A stretch of 64,000 nucleotides of DNA from an uncultured Acidimicrobiales bacterium (GCA_964562985.1 CAZLWE010000004.1:17338-81337); one strand, 5' to 3'; numbered from the stretch's first letter, positions 53,266-63,086 are shown. Made by a program: numbers and translations. The notes: generated by a model from the letters alone, not told the origin.

Positions 53266-55545
53266 ATGGCAATCACCGACATACCAGCATTCGCCCGCGC
53301 GGACGGGCCGGACAAAGTCACCGGATCCGGTCGCTACACCTCCGACATCAACCTCACCGGCCAGCTGACCGCCAAGTTTCTCTACGCGGGCGTCAGCCGC
53401 GGCCGTATCACCAAACTTGACGTCGACGCCGCGCGAGCCATGCCCGGCGTATTTGCCGTACTCACCGACTCCGACGTGCCCGACGTTCGCTATAGCTACG
53501 GACTCGCGGACCGCACCCTCTTCGCCAAAGACGAAGTTCGCTTTGAAGGTGAGGTCGTTGCTGCGGTGGCGGCGATTGACGAAGCCACTGCGATGGCAGC
53601 CCTCGATGCCATCACCTACGAAGTAGAGGAACTCCCTCCGGTACTCGACCTTGAGACGGCGATCGCCGACGACGCCCCGCTGGTCCACGCGGATCTCGAT
53701 AGCTACGAGGTAACGGGCGACACGCCGCATTGGGGCAACGTCGCCACCCACTCCACGATCGAGATGGGCGACGCCGAGGCGGCGCTCGCCAAGGCCGACC
53801 ACGTCATCACCGGCCGCTATATCTCCGATGCCAGCCACGCAACCCCGATCGAACCTCGGGCCGTCATCGCCCAATGGGAAGGCTCCCGAGTCACCATCTG
53901 GACCAGCACCCAGGTTCCCTTCGACGCCCGCAACGGGGTGTGTGAAACCCTCGAACTTCCGGCAAGCCAGGTGCGCATCATCGGCCCACATGTTGGCGGC
54001 GGGTTCGGCGGGAAGTGCGGCGCACACTTCGAACCACACATCGCCGCACTAGCCAGGGCAGCGAAACGACCGGTGAAGCTCGTGTTCTCCCGCTGGGAAG
54101 AGTTCGTGGCGCCCGATCGCCGACGCGAAGCCATGCTGATCGACGTCACCACCGGCGTCATGAACGACGGCACCATCGTCGCTCGGACCGGAACGCTGCT
54201 GCTCGACAACGGCGCCTACATGGCCGACTCGTCGTTCTTTCCACAAGCCGCCGCCATGCACCTGATCGGCCCGTATGCGATCCCGAACGTGCACATGGAT
54301 GGCAAGCTCGTCTACACCAATCATCAACCCTCTGGCTCGGTGCGCGCACCGACGGCTCCGCAGGGATGTTGGGCGGTCGAGTCCCATACCGATGAGGTCG
54401 CAGCGGCCCTCGGTATGGACCCCGTAGAGTTTCGTCTCAAGAACATCGTCAAAACCGGTGGCGTCGGCCCGGCCGGGCAGACCTACGACGAGATCGGCCT
54501 CGATCAATGCCTGACGCTGGCCGCAGAGTCCGCCGGGTGGGGCCAAGACCTTCCGGAGAACGAAGGCCTCGGAGTCTCAATCGGTTGGTGGCCTAGTTTC
54601 GCGGGCAGCGCTGGCGCGTACGCCAAGATGCACGGTGACGGCTCGGTGCAGGTGATCACCGGCGCCGCCGAGTGCGGCACCGGTTCGGTCATGACGCTGC
54701 GGATGCTCGCCGCCGACGAACTCGGCATCGCCGAAGACGCCATCGAGTTGATCTATCAAGACACCGCCGTCGCGCCCGCTGGCCCGGGTGCCAGCGGTTC
54801 GATGACGTTGTTCAACCACGGCCGCGCGGTCGAGAACGCGGCGAAGCAAGTCGCCGGTCAGCTCAAAGAGCTCGCCGCCACTGAACTCGAAGCGAGCGCC
54901 GACGACATTGTTCTGGCAGGCGGAAACGCTTCGGTCGCAGGAACGCCAAGCAAGGCCGTCGCCATCGTCGAACTTGCAGCGGGTAGCGAGACCGGTGAGA
55001 TCCTCGGAAACGGCACTGCCGAGGTGCGCGAGTGGCCGGAGCTAAGTGGATCATCATGCGGCGGAGAGCAAGGCTTCTCGTCCTTCCTCGCTCCCCAGTT
55101 CTCTTGCCATGTCGCTCGGGTCCGTGTCGACCCCGACACCGGCGTCACCCGCGTGCTCGAGGTTCATGCAGCGCACGACTCGGGCACGATCATCAATCCC
55201 ATGGCCGCGCACGGTCAAGTCGAGGGCGGCATCTTGATGGGCGTGGGCCAAGCCCTCACCGAAGGAACCCGCTATGGCGACGACGGTCGCCAACAAAATG
55301 CCGGGCTGCTCGAGTACAAGCTCCAGACGATCGCCGACGCTCCCGAAATCACCACCCAGTTCGTGGAGATCTTCACCGAGAACGCCGGCCCACGAGGGGC
55401 CAAGGGCTTGGCCGAGGCTCCCAACGTGGCTACCTGTGGTGCGGTCAACAACGCCATCACCGCGGCGAGCGGCGTGCGGGTGAAACAGCTACCGATGACC
55501 GCCGAGCGAGTGTGGACCGCTCTCGATAACGAGGAGACCTCATGA
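53266..55545 (+). CDS. xanthine dehydrogenase-family molybdopterin-binding large subunit
   Basis: KVTGSGRYTSD a/b-hammerhead start and a GGGFGGK block. About 760 aa. No CODH-type AYxCSFR loop seen. Confidence 0.85.
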   Translation: MAITDIPAFARADGPDKVTGSGRYTSDINLTGQLTAKFLYAGVSRGRITKLDVDAARAMPGVFAVLTDSDVPDVRYSYGLADRTLFAKDEVRFEGEVVAAVAAIDEATAMAALDAITYEVEELPPVLDLETAIADDAPLVHADLDSYEVTGDTPHWGNVATHSTIEMGDAEAALAKADHVITGRYISDASHATPIEPRAVIAQWEGSRVTIWTSTQVPFDARNGVCETLELPASQVRIIGPHVGGGFGGKCGAHFEPHIAALARAAKRPVKLVFSRWEEFVAPDRRREAMLIDVTTGVMNDGTIVARTGTLLLDNGAYMADSSFFPQAAAMHLIGPYAIPNVHMDGKLVYTNHQPSGSVRAPTAPQGCWAVESHTDEVAAALGMDPVEFRLKNIVKTGGVGPAGQTYDEIGLDQCLTLAAESAGWGQDLPENEGLGVSIGWWPSFAGSAGAYAKMHGDGSVQVITGAAECGTGSVMTLRMLAADELGIAEDAIELIYQDTAVAPAGPGASGSMTLFNHGRAVENAAKQVAGQLKELAATELEASADDIVLAGGNASVAGTPSKAVAIVELAAGSETGEILGNGTAEVREWPELSGSSCGGEQGFSSFLAPQFSCHVARVRVDPDTGVTRVLEVHAAHDSGTIINPMAAHGQVEGGILMGVGQALTEGTRYGDDGRQQNAGLLEYKLQTIADAPEITTQFVEIFTENAGPRGAKGLAEAPNVATCGAVNNAITAASGVRVKQLPMTAERVWTALDNEETS

Positions 55546-56435
55546 CCCTCACGATCGCGACCTCGCTCGATCAGGTTCTGGCCGATCTGGCCGCAGGTGC
55601 CCGTCCCATTGCAGGCGGGACCGACCTGGTCGTCGGCGCCCGCCAGCACAAGTCGGCCATGCCCGAAAGCCTCGTGGCAATCGACCGCCTCCAAGAGCTC
55701 GCTCAAATCGACCGGACCGACACCCACACGTCGATCGGTGCGGGCGTGACCCACGCTCGGCTTATGACCGACGACGCTGTTGTAGCTGATTTCACCGCCA
55801 TCGCAGACGCCGCTGCGCTGGTCGGGTCTCCGGCGACACGCAATGTCGGAACTCTAGGCGGCAACGTGATGAACGGATCGCCGGCGATGGACACCGGCGC
55901 ACCGCTGGTCGTGCTCGGAGCGGTCGCGGAGCTGGCGAGCACCGAAGGGACTCGATCGGTATCGCTCGACGAGCTGTGGCTTGGCCCCGGCACGACGAGC
56001 GCTCGTAGCGACGAGCTCTGCACGGCACTAACCATCCCGAACCAGACGGGCTCCTCGGGCTCGGCATACGTGCGTCTCGAATATCGCCGAGCGATGGAGA
56101 TCGCTGTGGTCGGTGCGGCCGCGAACGTCACCCTCAACAACGATGGCTCGGTGGAAAGTGCTCGCGTAGCGCTGACTGCAGTCGCACCAACGATCCTCGC
56201 GGTTGATGGACTCGATCGACTGGCTGGTCTCCATCCGGATGAGGCCGCCGAGGCTGCCTCGGCGGCCGCGTCGGAACAAGCCACTCCAATCAGTGATCTG
56301 CGGGCGAGCGATCGCTACCGACGACACACGATTGGGGTCATGGCAAGACGCGCTGTTGAAGCGGCAGCTCGCCGAGCAGCCGGAGAAGACATCGCAGTAC
56401 CCGTGAATCGAGCACTCGGAATTGGAGCGTCCTGA
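55542..56435 (+). CDS. XDH-family FAD-binding medium subunit
   Basis: IAGGTDLVVGARQ and GTLGGN motifs (CoxM/FAD_binding_5 type). Overlaps the large-subunit gene by 4 nt. Confidence 0.85.
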   Translation: MTLTIATSLDQVLADLAAGARPIAGGTDLVVGARQHKSAMPESLVAIDRLQELAQIDRTDTHTSIGAGVTHARLMTDDAVVADFTAIADAAALVGSPATRNVGTLGGNVMNGSPAMDTGAPLVVLGAVAELASTEGTRSVSLDELWLGPGTTSARSDELCTALTIPNQTGSSGSAYVRLEYRRAMEIAVVGAAANVTLNNDGSVESARVALTAVAPTILAVDGLDRLAGLHPDEAAEAASAAASEQATPISDLRASDRYRRHTIGVMARRAVEAAARRAAGEDIAVPVNRALGIGAS

Positions 56436-56914
56436 TGTCTGGAAAGAACGCAGTAGAGCTCACGGTCAACGGCGCGACCTACCCCGTGTCTATCTCTACC
56501 GATCGCACGCTTTCGACCGTGCTGCGAAACGAACTGGGCCTGACCGGAACCAAGGAAGGCTGCGACGACTGTGAGTGCGGCGCCTGCATGGTGTTGCTCG
56601 ACGGACAGCCGATCAACTCATGTTCCTACCTCGCAGCCCAGGCGCAAGGCCGTGACATCACCACTGTGGAGGGTCTCGCAGACGGTGACGACCTCCATCC
56701 GCTCCAACGCAACATCTTGGCTACCGGCGGCGTTCAGTGCGGCTTTTGTACCCCGGGCATGTTGATGTCGGCAACTGCCCTACTTGCGGACAACCCCGCA
56801 CCCACGGACGACGAGATTCGTCTCGGACTATCGGGCAATCTGTGCCGTTGTACCGGCTACGCCCGCATTCTGTCCGCGGTCGCTGTCACCGCCGTCGAAC
56901 TGCGGAACGATTAG
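56435..56914 (+). CDS. (2Fe-2S)-binding small subunit
   Basis: Cys clusters C..C.CGAC and QCGFCTPG...CRCTGY. 159 aa. Confidence 0.9.
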   Translation: MSGKNAVELTVNGATYPVSISTDRTLSTVLRNELGLTGTKEGCDDCECGACMVLLDGQPINSCSYLAAQAQGRDITTVEGLADGDDLHPLQRNILATGGVQCGFCTPGMLMSATALLADNPAPTDDEIRLGLSGNLCRCTGYARILSAVAVTAVELRND

Positions 56915-58449
56915 GTCACCACAATTCGGATCACGAACACCCGCTGACCATTCACCGGATCGGTCGCAGTGATCCGGGTGACCGCCGTTCCGCTCGCTCG
57001 GCGACGCGGAGTAAACGACATCGCTCCGTTGGCATCGATCGAAGGATTCGCCGAGAACAACGACGTGTCGTCGGTCGAGATCTGGAAGCGAGAGCCTGCT
57101 GGCGGCACAACTTCGCCCGAGCTCACCGCGAGCCACGGAATGAGCTGAGGACCAGCGTTGGCTGGAAGCCGAATCTCTCCGTCAGAGGAGAACGATCCAT
57201 CGATGACACCCTCGACTGTGACGAGGAGTACCGCTTGCGCGCATTCGTCGAACTCGGTACAGACCTCGTAGATGATGTTCGCCTCGCCCGCGGCGTTCGC
57301 CGGTGGATCGTAGGTGATCTCTCCGCCGCCGACCGATACAGTCCCCGAGCTTGCACTCACCAGGGTGAGAGTCGTGGGGTCGATGGCGGCATTTGCTGGC
57401 CCGTCATTCGCGAGCACGTCGACGACGACGGAGGTGTCCTCGAGGGTCGTGGCCACATCGTCAACGAGCACCAGTTGGGGTGCTGCGACATCGAAGGTAA
57501 TCGTTGCCGAAGCGCGCTGACCCTTGACGTCAGAAACGACATAGGTAATCGCCGTGGCGCCAAGCTCGTTGGCTGCAAGGAACTCAACCCAATCATCACC
57601 GAACTCGACAGAACCAGTCGCAGGTTCGCTTACCTCGACGATGCGAAGACCCTCTGTGCCACCATCGTCAAAGTCGTTCCCGAGGGGGGCGACTCGAATG
57701 CGTTGCGCGAGGAGGGTTTCGAACTGATCGTCGGCAGGCTGCGGAGGCGCGTCGCCGTCGGCGATCGTCACGCTTCCTTGGGCAAACCCGCCATCGCCGT
57801 CGGCAATCACATACGTGATCTCCCACGGGCCGGCGATCTCGGGGTTCGTTCGGAATTCGATCACGGTCTCGTTATCAACGATCTCGACCTCGCCACCTCC
57901 CTGGGCGACTACGGCCTCCACGATCTGGAGTGTTGTGTCCTCAACATCCGAGTCGTTCTCTAGGACTGGGATGCGGATGATCTGCTGACCGCTGGCAAGT
58001 TCGGCCTCGTCGGAATTCGCACGCGGCGGGTCATTTCGTGACATGACATCAGCGACGATCGTTCGCTCGGCGCATTCCTCGTCAGTGCACACGGTCACCA
58101 CCACGGTGACCGTCCCGACCGCGTTCTCGTCGGGCTCAATGACCAAAGTCGTGTCTTCGATCTCCACGGTCGCGGGACCATCGATCGACTCGACGGAAAT
58201 TTCTTGCGCCGTCCCGTCCTCGTCCAGCTCTACCTCGAGAGTCTGGTCCTCGATAACAGTTACTTCTTCTGGCGCTGCCTGCTGGAACGCCAGATTCTCG
58301 GGAATGTCGGCACGTAGCCAACCCAGCGTGAACACGGCGACGACCGCCGCAGCAACGAAGGACACAAAGGCGAGGGCGCTCAGGATGGGCAGGGCTCGAC
58401 GAAGTCGAGATCCCTTCTCCTTGTCGGGGTCATAGACCACCATCGACAT
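56911..58449 (-). CDS. membrane-anchored surface protein with repeated cadherin-like (xNDxD) domains
   Basis: N-terminal TM helix (ILSALAFVSFVAAAVVAVF), then ~4 repeats each carrying an ANSDE/LENDSD/LGNDFDD/LANDG-type motif. Its stop overlaps the convergent 2Fe-2S gene stop. Confidence 0.6.
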   Translation of the reverse strand: MSMVVYDPDKEKGSRLRRALPILSALAFVSFVAAAVVAVFTLGWLRADIPENLAFQQAAPEEVTVIEDQTLEVELDEDGTAQEISVESIDGPATVEIEDTTLVIEPDENAVGTVTVVVTVCTDEECAERTIVADVMSRNDPPRANSDEAELASGQQIIRIPVLENDSDVEDTTLQIVEAVVAQGGGEVEIVDNETVIEFRTNPEIAGPWEITYVIADGDGGFAQGSVTIADGDAPPQPADDQFETLLAQRIRVAPLGNDFDDGGTEGLRIVEVSEPATGSVEFGDDWVEFLAANELGATAITYVVSDVKGQRASATITFDVAAPQLVLVDDVATTLEDTSVVVDVLANDGPANAAIDPTTLTLVSASSGTVSVGGGEITYDPPANAAGEANIIYEVCTEFDECAQAVLLVTVEGVIDGSFSSDGEIRLPANAGPQLIPWLAVSSGEVVPPAGSRFQISTDDTSLFSANPSIDANGAMSFTPRRRASGTAVTRITATDPVNGQRVFVIRIVVT

Positions 58450-58553
58450 AGCTACTAGTCCCTGCGAGTCCGGCCGCGCTGATGCGCGACACCTTTAGGT
58501 TCTATTCGACCTATATCGGCCTGATTTAAGTGCCCGGGATGTTTGGGAGCGGG

Positions 58554-59552
58554 CTAGGTTCGGTCTCGGAGCAAGACCATTCGGTCACCTTTGCGGCAGT
58601 TCTCTGGAACGACGTCGGCTTGTGGCATGCGGTCACCACCGCGGATGATCCCCACAAGCGTCGCTCCAGATGGAATGGCATCCTCGCCATTCGCGGTCGC
58701 CGCAACCTCTACCAACTCGATGCCCTTGCCAGCATCCAGCAGATCATCCAACACAGTGACCGCGGCCGGGTCATGCGATCCAAGGCCGAGCATTCGTCCA
58801 ATGGCTGCGGTGGAGTCGATGACCTCGTCGGCGCCGCCCTGAGTCAGCAGATGCAGGTTCTGGCGTTCTTTCACACCAACGGTGATGTGCGCCTTCGGGT
58901 TGAGCTCGCGTGCGGTCAACGTGATCAACACCGCGGTGTCGTCGCGGTTTGGAGCAACGATGATCTGGGCCGCCTGAGCAATACCGGCTTGCTCAAGGAT
59001 GTCGATGTCGCTCGCGTCGCCGACGACGCCTACATACCCGATGCGGGTACCAGCTTCGATCGCTTCCTCGCTTCGGTCGACAACGATGATCGACGCGGGG
59101 TCGACCCCTCGGGAGACAAGGTCTTTCGCCGCGGCATTTCCGGTCTCGCCGAAGCCACAGATGATGGTGTGATCTTTCACGTCTTGTCTCCAACGTTGTT
59201 TGGCCCGAAGAATGCGGGATTGTTCGGTAAGCACCTCAACCGTTGTCGACACGACAAGGATCAGGAACATGATGCGGGCTGGGGTGATCAACAGGATCGT
59301 GCCGAGACGGGCGCCTGGGCTTACCGCAGAGATGTCGCCGTAGCCAGTCGTGGTGACGGTTACCGAGGCGTAGTAGATCGCATCGAGCAGGCTGATCGCA
59401 TCGCCCGTGGTATCGACGTAACCGTCGCGAGACAGGCGAACGACTAGGGCCACGAAAATCACGAGTCCAACAGCGAGCGCTACGCGCTTCCCGACCGCCG
59501 CCTGTGGCGAGAGCGCTCGCCGCGGAATACGAATGTCGTCAACGTAGGCCAC
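58554..59552 (-). CDS. two-TM potassium channel with RCK (TrkA_N + TrkA_C) domain
   Basis: Selectivity filter TVTTTGYGD, followed by the Rossmann-like ICGFGETGN and a C-terminal TrkA_C-like segment. Confidence 0.85.
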   Translation of the reverse strand: MAYVDDIRIPRRALSPQAAVGKRVALAVGLVIFVALVVRLSRDGYVDTTGDAISLLDAIYYASVTVTTTGYGDISAVSPGARLGTILLITPARIMFLILVVSTTVEVLTEQSRILRAKQRWRQDVKDHTIICGFGETGNAAAKDLVSRGVDPASIIVVDRSEEAIEAGTRIGYVGVVGDASDIDILEQAGIAQAAQIIVAPNRDDTAVLITLTARELNPKAHITVGVKERQNLHLLTQGGADEVIDSTAAIGRMLGLGSHDPAAVTVLDDLLDAGKGIELVEVAATANGEDAIPSGATLVGIIRGGDRMPQADVVPENCRKGDRMVLLRDRT

Positions 59553-59595
59553 CTCCCGACATTAGTGAGTGGGCCGGGGCCGATCGTGGAGCCAG

Positions 59596-60444
59596 CTACC
59601 CGACCAACGCTGGGCTTTCCGTCCGGCGCAGAGCCACAGCGAGTTCCTTGACGGCGAGCACCACGAAGAACTGCAAGATGCTGAGCCCCGAAATCGTCGC
59701 GCCACCGGCGGTGCCGAAGTGAAAACTGATGAGCAGGCCCGCAACGACCGACAGCGAGCCGATGAGAATCGATACTCCCATGATCGCTGGGATACGACGA
59801 GCGAGCAGGGTCGCTGTTGCCGGTGGGCCGACGATCAGTCCAAAGACCAAGAGCGTGCCGATGGCCTGGAAACTGGCCACGATGCTCACGGTCAGAAGCG
59901 TGAGCAAGATGGCCTGAGTGAGTTGCGGACGCATCCCAAGGGTTTGTGCCTTTTGGCGATTGAAGGTGAGCGCTAGGAATGGCCGGTACATCACGATGGT
60001 CACCACAACCACGACGATCGCTGCGATCGCCTGATTTCGAATGTCCTCGGCAGTGATTCCAAAGACGTTTCCGAAGAGCAACGCGGTGACCTCGACGGCG
60101 AACGATTGCACCCGGGAAACAATGATGATCCCGAGCGCCAACATGCCGACGAAGAGCAACCCAATCGCCGTGTCGTCGCGCACGGTGGTTCGGTTCGAGA
60201 CAACACTGACCAACCCGCTCATCACAATTGCGGCAACAAAGGCCCCGATGAGCGGGCTGAATCCGAGAAGGACCGCCACGGCGATACCTGGGATGACACC
60301 GTGAGCGAGCGCATCCCCGAGAAAGGCGAGTCCGCGGATGACCACCCACGTGCCAACGATCGATGTAGCAACAACTGCGACCAAGCTGCCGATCAAGGCC
60401 CGCTGCATGAATGCAGGTTCAAAGGCCTCGATCAGCCACTCCAT
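59596..60444 (-). CDS. znuB: metal ABC transporter permease (ABC-3, ZnuB-like)
   Basis: 282-aa polytopic protein with the ABC-3 family pattern, located downstream of the TroA-type SBP. Confidence 0.8.
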   Translation of the reverse strand: MEWLIEAFEPAFMQRALIGSLVAVVATSIVGTWVVIRGLAFLGDALAHGVIPGIAVAVLLGFSPLIGAFVAAIVMSGLVSVVSNRTTVRDDTAIGLLFVGMLALGIIIVSRVQSFAVEVTALLFGNVFGITAEDIRNQAIAAIVVVVVTIVMYRPFLALTFNRQKAQTLGMRPQLTQAILLTLLTVSIVASFQAIGTLLVFGLIVGPPATATLLARRIPAIMGVSILIGSLSVVAGLLISFHFGTAGGATISGLSILQFFVVLAVKELAVALRRTESPALVG

Positions 60445-60456
60445 GCTCGCCTCCGA

Positions 60457-61536
60457 CTATGAGCCGAGGGCGTCTGCCATGCGGTTGGCGTTGGTTCGCA
60501 CCATGTCGATGTAGGTCGCACCATCAGAGTCTGCGTCACCGAGTGACTCGGTGAACAATTCGACGACGGAAATGTCGCCAACTTCGTCGGCGATCGTGTT
60601 GATCAGTTCGTCGGAAGCCGAGACGTCACTGAAGATCGCGGGTACGCCCTCGTCTTCGATCGTGTGGACGAGTTCGGTGAGCGCTTCGCCGTCTGCGCCT
60701 TCGAGGGTGCTTCCACTTGGGATCACGGCGCCGACAACTTCGAAGTCGTACTGGTCGGCGAAGTACCCGAAGACTTCGTGGTTGGTGATGAGTACACGCT
60801 GCTCGTCGGACAGCCCGGCGAACACCTCAGTGACCTCAGCATCGAGTGCTTCGAGTTCGGCGACATAGCTGTCGGCATTGGCTTGCACGGATTCGGCGTC
60901 GATACCCTCGACCGTCTCGATGAGGAATGCGGCGATGCCTTCGACGGCTACGGCCATACGAACCGGGTCGGTGAAGAAGTGTGGATCTGCGCCGCCCTCT
61001 TCGTGGCCGTGCTCGTCACCTTCTTCATCGTCATGCTCTTCGCCCTCTTCATCGTCATGCTCTTCGCCCTCTTCATCGTCATGCTCTTCGCCCTCTTCGT
61101 CGTCATGGCCGTGCGAGTCACCCTCAGCAAACTCCAAGGTCTCGACGGCGTCGATCGCGTGATGAACCGAAATGCCATCGCCTTCAGCGGCTTCGATGGT
61201 GTCCCAGAGTCCTTCTTCGAAGAAAGCGCCGTTGATGATCAGGGCGTCGGCGTCGCCGACGAGCGCGATCTGTTGTGCCGATGGCTGGAAGTCATGTGGG
61301 TCGGCGCCCACGGGCATGATCGTCTCAACGTTGGCGAGGTCACCAACGAGGTTGCCTACGACATCACCCAAGATGTTGGTGGTGACCGCGATGGTCGGTG
61401 CATCTTCGGTGTTGTCAGCAACCGCGGCTTCGGTGATGCCAGCGACGTTGACTTCGGCGTCGGAGCCGCAGGCGGCGGCTACAAGGCTGAGGGCAGCAAA
61501 CCCTGCCACCAATCGTCGAACTGTTTGCTTGCTCAT
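60457..61536 (-). CDS. znuA: metal ABC transporter substrate-binding lipoprotein (TroA/ZnuA-like) with His/Asp/Glu-rich loop
   Basis: Lipobox LVAAACGS. The central loop HGHDDEEGEEHDD(EEGEEHDD)x3..HGHEEGG is typical of Zn-specific ZnuA. Confidence 0.8.
   Translation of the reverse strand: MSKQTVRRLVAGFAALSLVAAACGSDAEVNVAGITEAAVADNTEDAPTIAVTTNILGDVVGNLVGDLANVETIMPVGADPHDFQPSAQQIALVGDADALIINGAFFEEGLWDTIEAAEGDGISVHHAIDAVETLEFAEGDSHGHDDEEGEEHDDEEGEEHDDEEGEEHDDEEGDEHGHEEGGADPHFFTDPVRMAVAVEGIAAFLIETVEGIDAESVQANADSYVAELEALDAEVTEVFAGLSDEQRVLITNHEVFGYFADQYDFEVVGAVIPSGSTLEGADGEALTELVHTIEDEGVPAIFSDVSASDELINTIADEVGDISVVELFTESLGDADSDGATYIDMVRTNANRMADALGS
61000..61119. repeat. 24-bp tandem repeat (about 4-5 units) encoding the ZnuA acidic/His loop
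   Basis: ttcatcgtcatgctcttcgccctc is repeated exactly at 61024, 61048 and 61072, with degenerate units on both sides. Confidence 0.85.
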
Positions 61537-61554
61537 GCGATACTCCAGCAGTAA

Positions 61555-61569
61555 TGAGAATGATTATCA
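61555..61569. promoter_or_regulatory. Zur/Fur-type box TGAGAATGATTATCA
   Basis: A 7-1-7 palindrome with 6 of 7 arm matches, in the AT-rich divergent znuA / znuC gap. It resembles the actinobacterial Zur consensus TGAAAATGATTTTCA. Confidence 0.7.
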
Positions 61570-61628
61570 CTCACACTATAGAGGTGGGGCCTGCACCAAC
61601 AAGGCGGCCTCGCGAAGTTTCCGTTCGC

Positions 61629-62393
61629 ATGTGTCACACGTACTCTGACCCCGTGACCTCGGCGATCTCCACCGTCAACTTGTGTGCCGACTACGGCGAC
61701 ACACACGCCTTGTGCGATGTGTCGATTGACGTTCCCGAGGCCGCATCACTTGCAGTCATCGGACCCAACGGGTCCGGCAAGTCCACCTTGCTCGGTGTGC
61801 TCGCCGGAACGATCGACGCGGTTTCGGGCACGGCCAACGTTGCCGGCAAGCTGCCAGCGTTGGTTTTGCAATCCACCGACGTCGACCGCAGCCTTCCAAT
61901 CACCGTCCGAGACACGGTGTCGCTTGCCCGCTATCCGACCGTTGGGCTATTCCGACGCTTCTCTGCGGCCGATAAGGCCGCGGTTGACGAAGCACTCACT
62001 CGCCTCGACATCGCCGACCTCGCCGATCGCCAACTGCATGAACTCTCGGGCGGCCAACGCCAACGGACCTTGGTAGCCCAGGGCGTGGCTCAAGAAGCCG
62101 ACGTCCTACTTCTCGACGAACCGATCACCGGCCTCGACATGACGTCGCGGTCGGTCATCTTGGATCTCATCGACGAAGAGGTCGCCAAAGGCAAGACGGT
62201 CGTGTTGACGACCCACAACCTCGAAGAAGCCCGGCTGTGTAGCTACGTGCTGCTGCTCAACTCGTCAGCGCTTGCGTTCGGGACACCCGACGAGGTGATG
62301 AACGTGGAGAACCTGCGGCGCGCGTTCGGGGGCAAGTTCCTCCAAGTCGGCGATGAGTTCATCTTGGACGACCCGCACCATCACCACCACTAA
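61629..62393 (+). CDS. znuC: metal ABC transporter ATP-binding protein (ZnuC-like) with C-terminal HHHHH
   Basis: Walker A GPNGSGKS, signature LSGGQRQR and Walker B LLLDEP. The start is uncertain (ATG 61629 or GTG 61653); the ATG at 61554 lies inside the Zur box. Confidence 0.8.
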   Translation: MCHTYSDPVTSAISTVNLCADYGDTHALCDVSIDVPEAASLAVIGPNGSGKSTLLGVLAGTIDAVSGTANVAGKLPALVLQSTDVDRSLPITVRDTVSLARYPTVGLFRRFSAADKAAVDEALTRLDIADLADRQLHELSGGQRQRTLVAQGVAQEADVLLLDEPITGLDMTSRSVILDLIDEEVAKGKTVVLTTHNLEEARLCSYVLLLNSSALAFGTPDEVMNVENLRRAFGGKFLQVGDEFILDDPHHHHH

Positions 62394-62431
62394 CGGCGGC
62401 TGGCCGTGCGAGTTTCGCTATCCTCATCGAC

Positions 62432-62869
62432 ATGACCACGACCGACATCGACGACGAAGTTGCCGCGATGCTCGCGAAGGCCGAACAGCGATACACCACC
62501 GGCCGCAGGCGTCTAGTTACCGCGCTGCGAGAGGGCGGCCGCCCGCTCACGATTGGCCAGATCGGCGAGCTCGCCAAGGACCTCCCCCAGTCGAGCGTGT
62601 ACCGAAACCTCACGATCCTCGAAGAGGTCGGCGCGGTCACCCGCATCGTCACCTCCGACGAGTTCGCCCGATACGAGTTAGCCGAGCATCTGACCGGCCA
62701 TCACCACCACCTCATCTGCACGAGCTGTGGTGATGTAGCCGACTTCGAGCTCGACCACGCAACCGAGCACACGCTTGACGCCGCGCTTCACAAGGCCGCG
62801 AAGGCAGCTGGCTTTCAAGTCGGCGAACACCGCCTCGACCTGCTCGGCACCTGCACAAACTGCACCTAG
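62432..62869 (+). CDS. zur: Fur-family metalloregulator (Zur-like)
   Basis: 145 aa with HHHHLICTSCG...C..C metal-site motifs. Located downstream of znuC. Confidence 0.75.
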   Translation: MTTTDIDDEVAAMLAKAEQRYTTGRRRLVTALREGGRPLTIGQIGELAKDLPQSSVYRNLTILEEVGAVTRIVTSDEFARYELAEHLTGHHHHLICTSCGDVADFELDHATEHTLDAALHKAAKAAGFQVGEHRLDLLGTCTNCT

Positions 62870-62871
62870 AA

Positions 62872-62919
62872 AATCTGTGGTCCGAAATTGGTCGATAGCT
62901 CGGAAACCGACCACAGATT
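62872..62919. repeat. third copy of the AATCTGTGGTC...GACCACAGATT hairpin element
   Basis: 11-bp perfect stem. The loop (cgaaattggtcgatagctcggaaacc) resembles the reverse complement of the loops at 33851-33960, sharing the CGATAG core. It starts 3 nt after the zur stop. Confidence 0.75.
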
Positions 62920-63086
62920 CCTTCCTGGCCACGCGAATTCGGAACAGGTCATGGATAGCACGTAAGAACCTTCATAATCCGGCCCGATCTGGCCCATATC
63001 GACCAAACGCGCACCGATAGCTCACCTATGGTTGGACCATCGCCGACCATTGGCTGGAACTAGAAAGGTGACGATCGGTGACCGAT

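Noticed and set aside
52981-54039. 352-aa minus-strand ORF, and similar long antisense ORFs at 56737-57963, 40465-41619, 58530-59447, 60664-61554, 20912-21742, 26058-26990, 32399-33403, 34879-35802 and 45773-46756
   Set aside because: Each lies opposite a gene with strong family motifs. Long stop-free antisense frames are expected at this GC content.
53266-56914. Carbon-monoxide dehydrogenase (CoxLMS)
   Set aside because: I found no AYxCSFR/AYRGAGR-type active-site loop in the large subunit, and the gene order is L-M-S. I call it only a generic XDH-family molybdoenzyme.
61554-61556. ATG at 61554 as the znuC start
   Set aside because: It lies inside the Zur-box palindrome in the promoter gap, and the encoded first 25-30 aa are not ABC-like.
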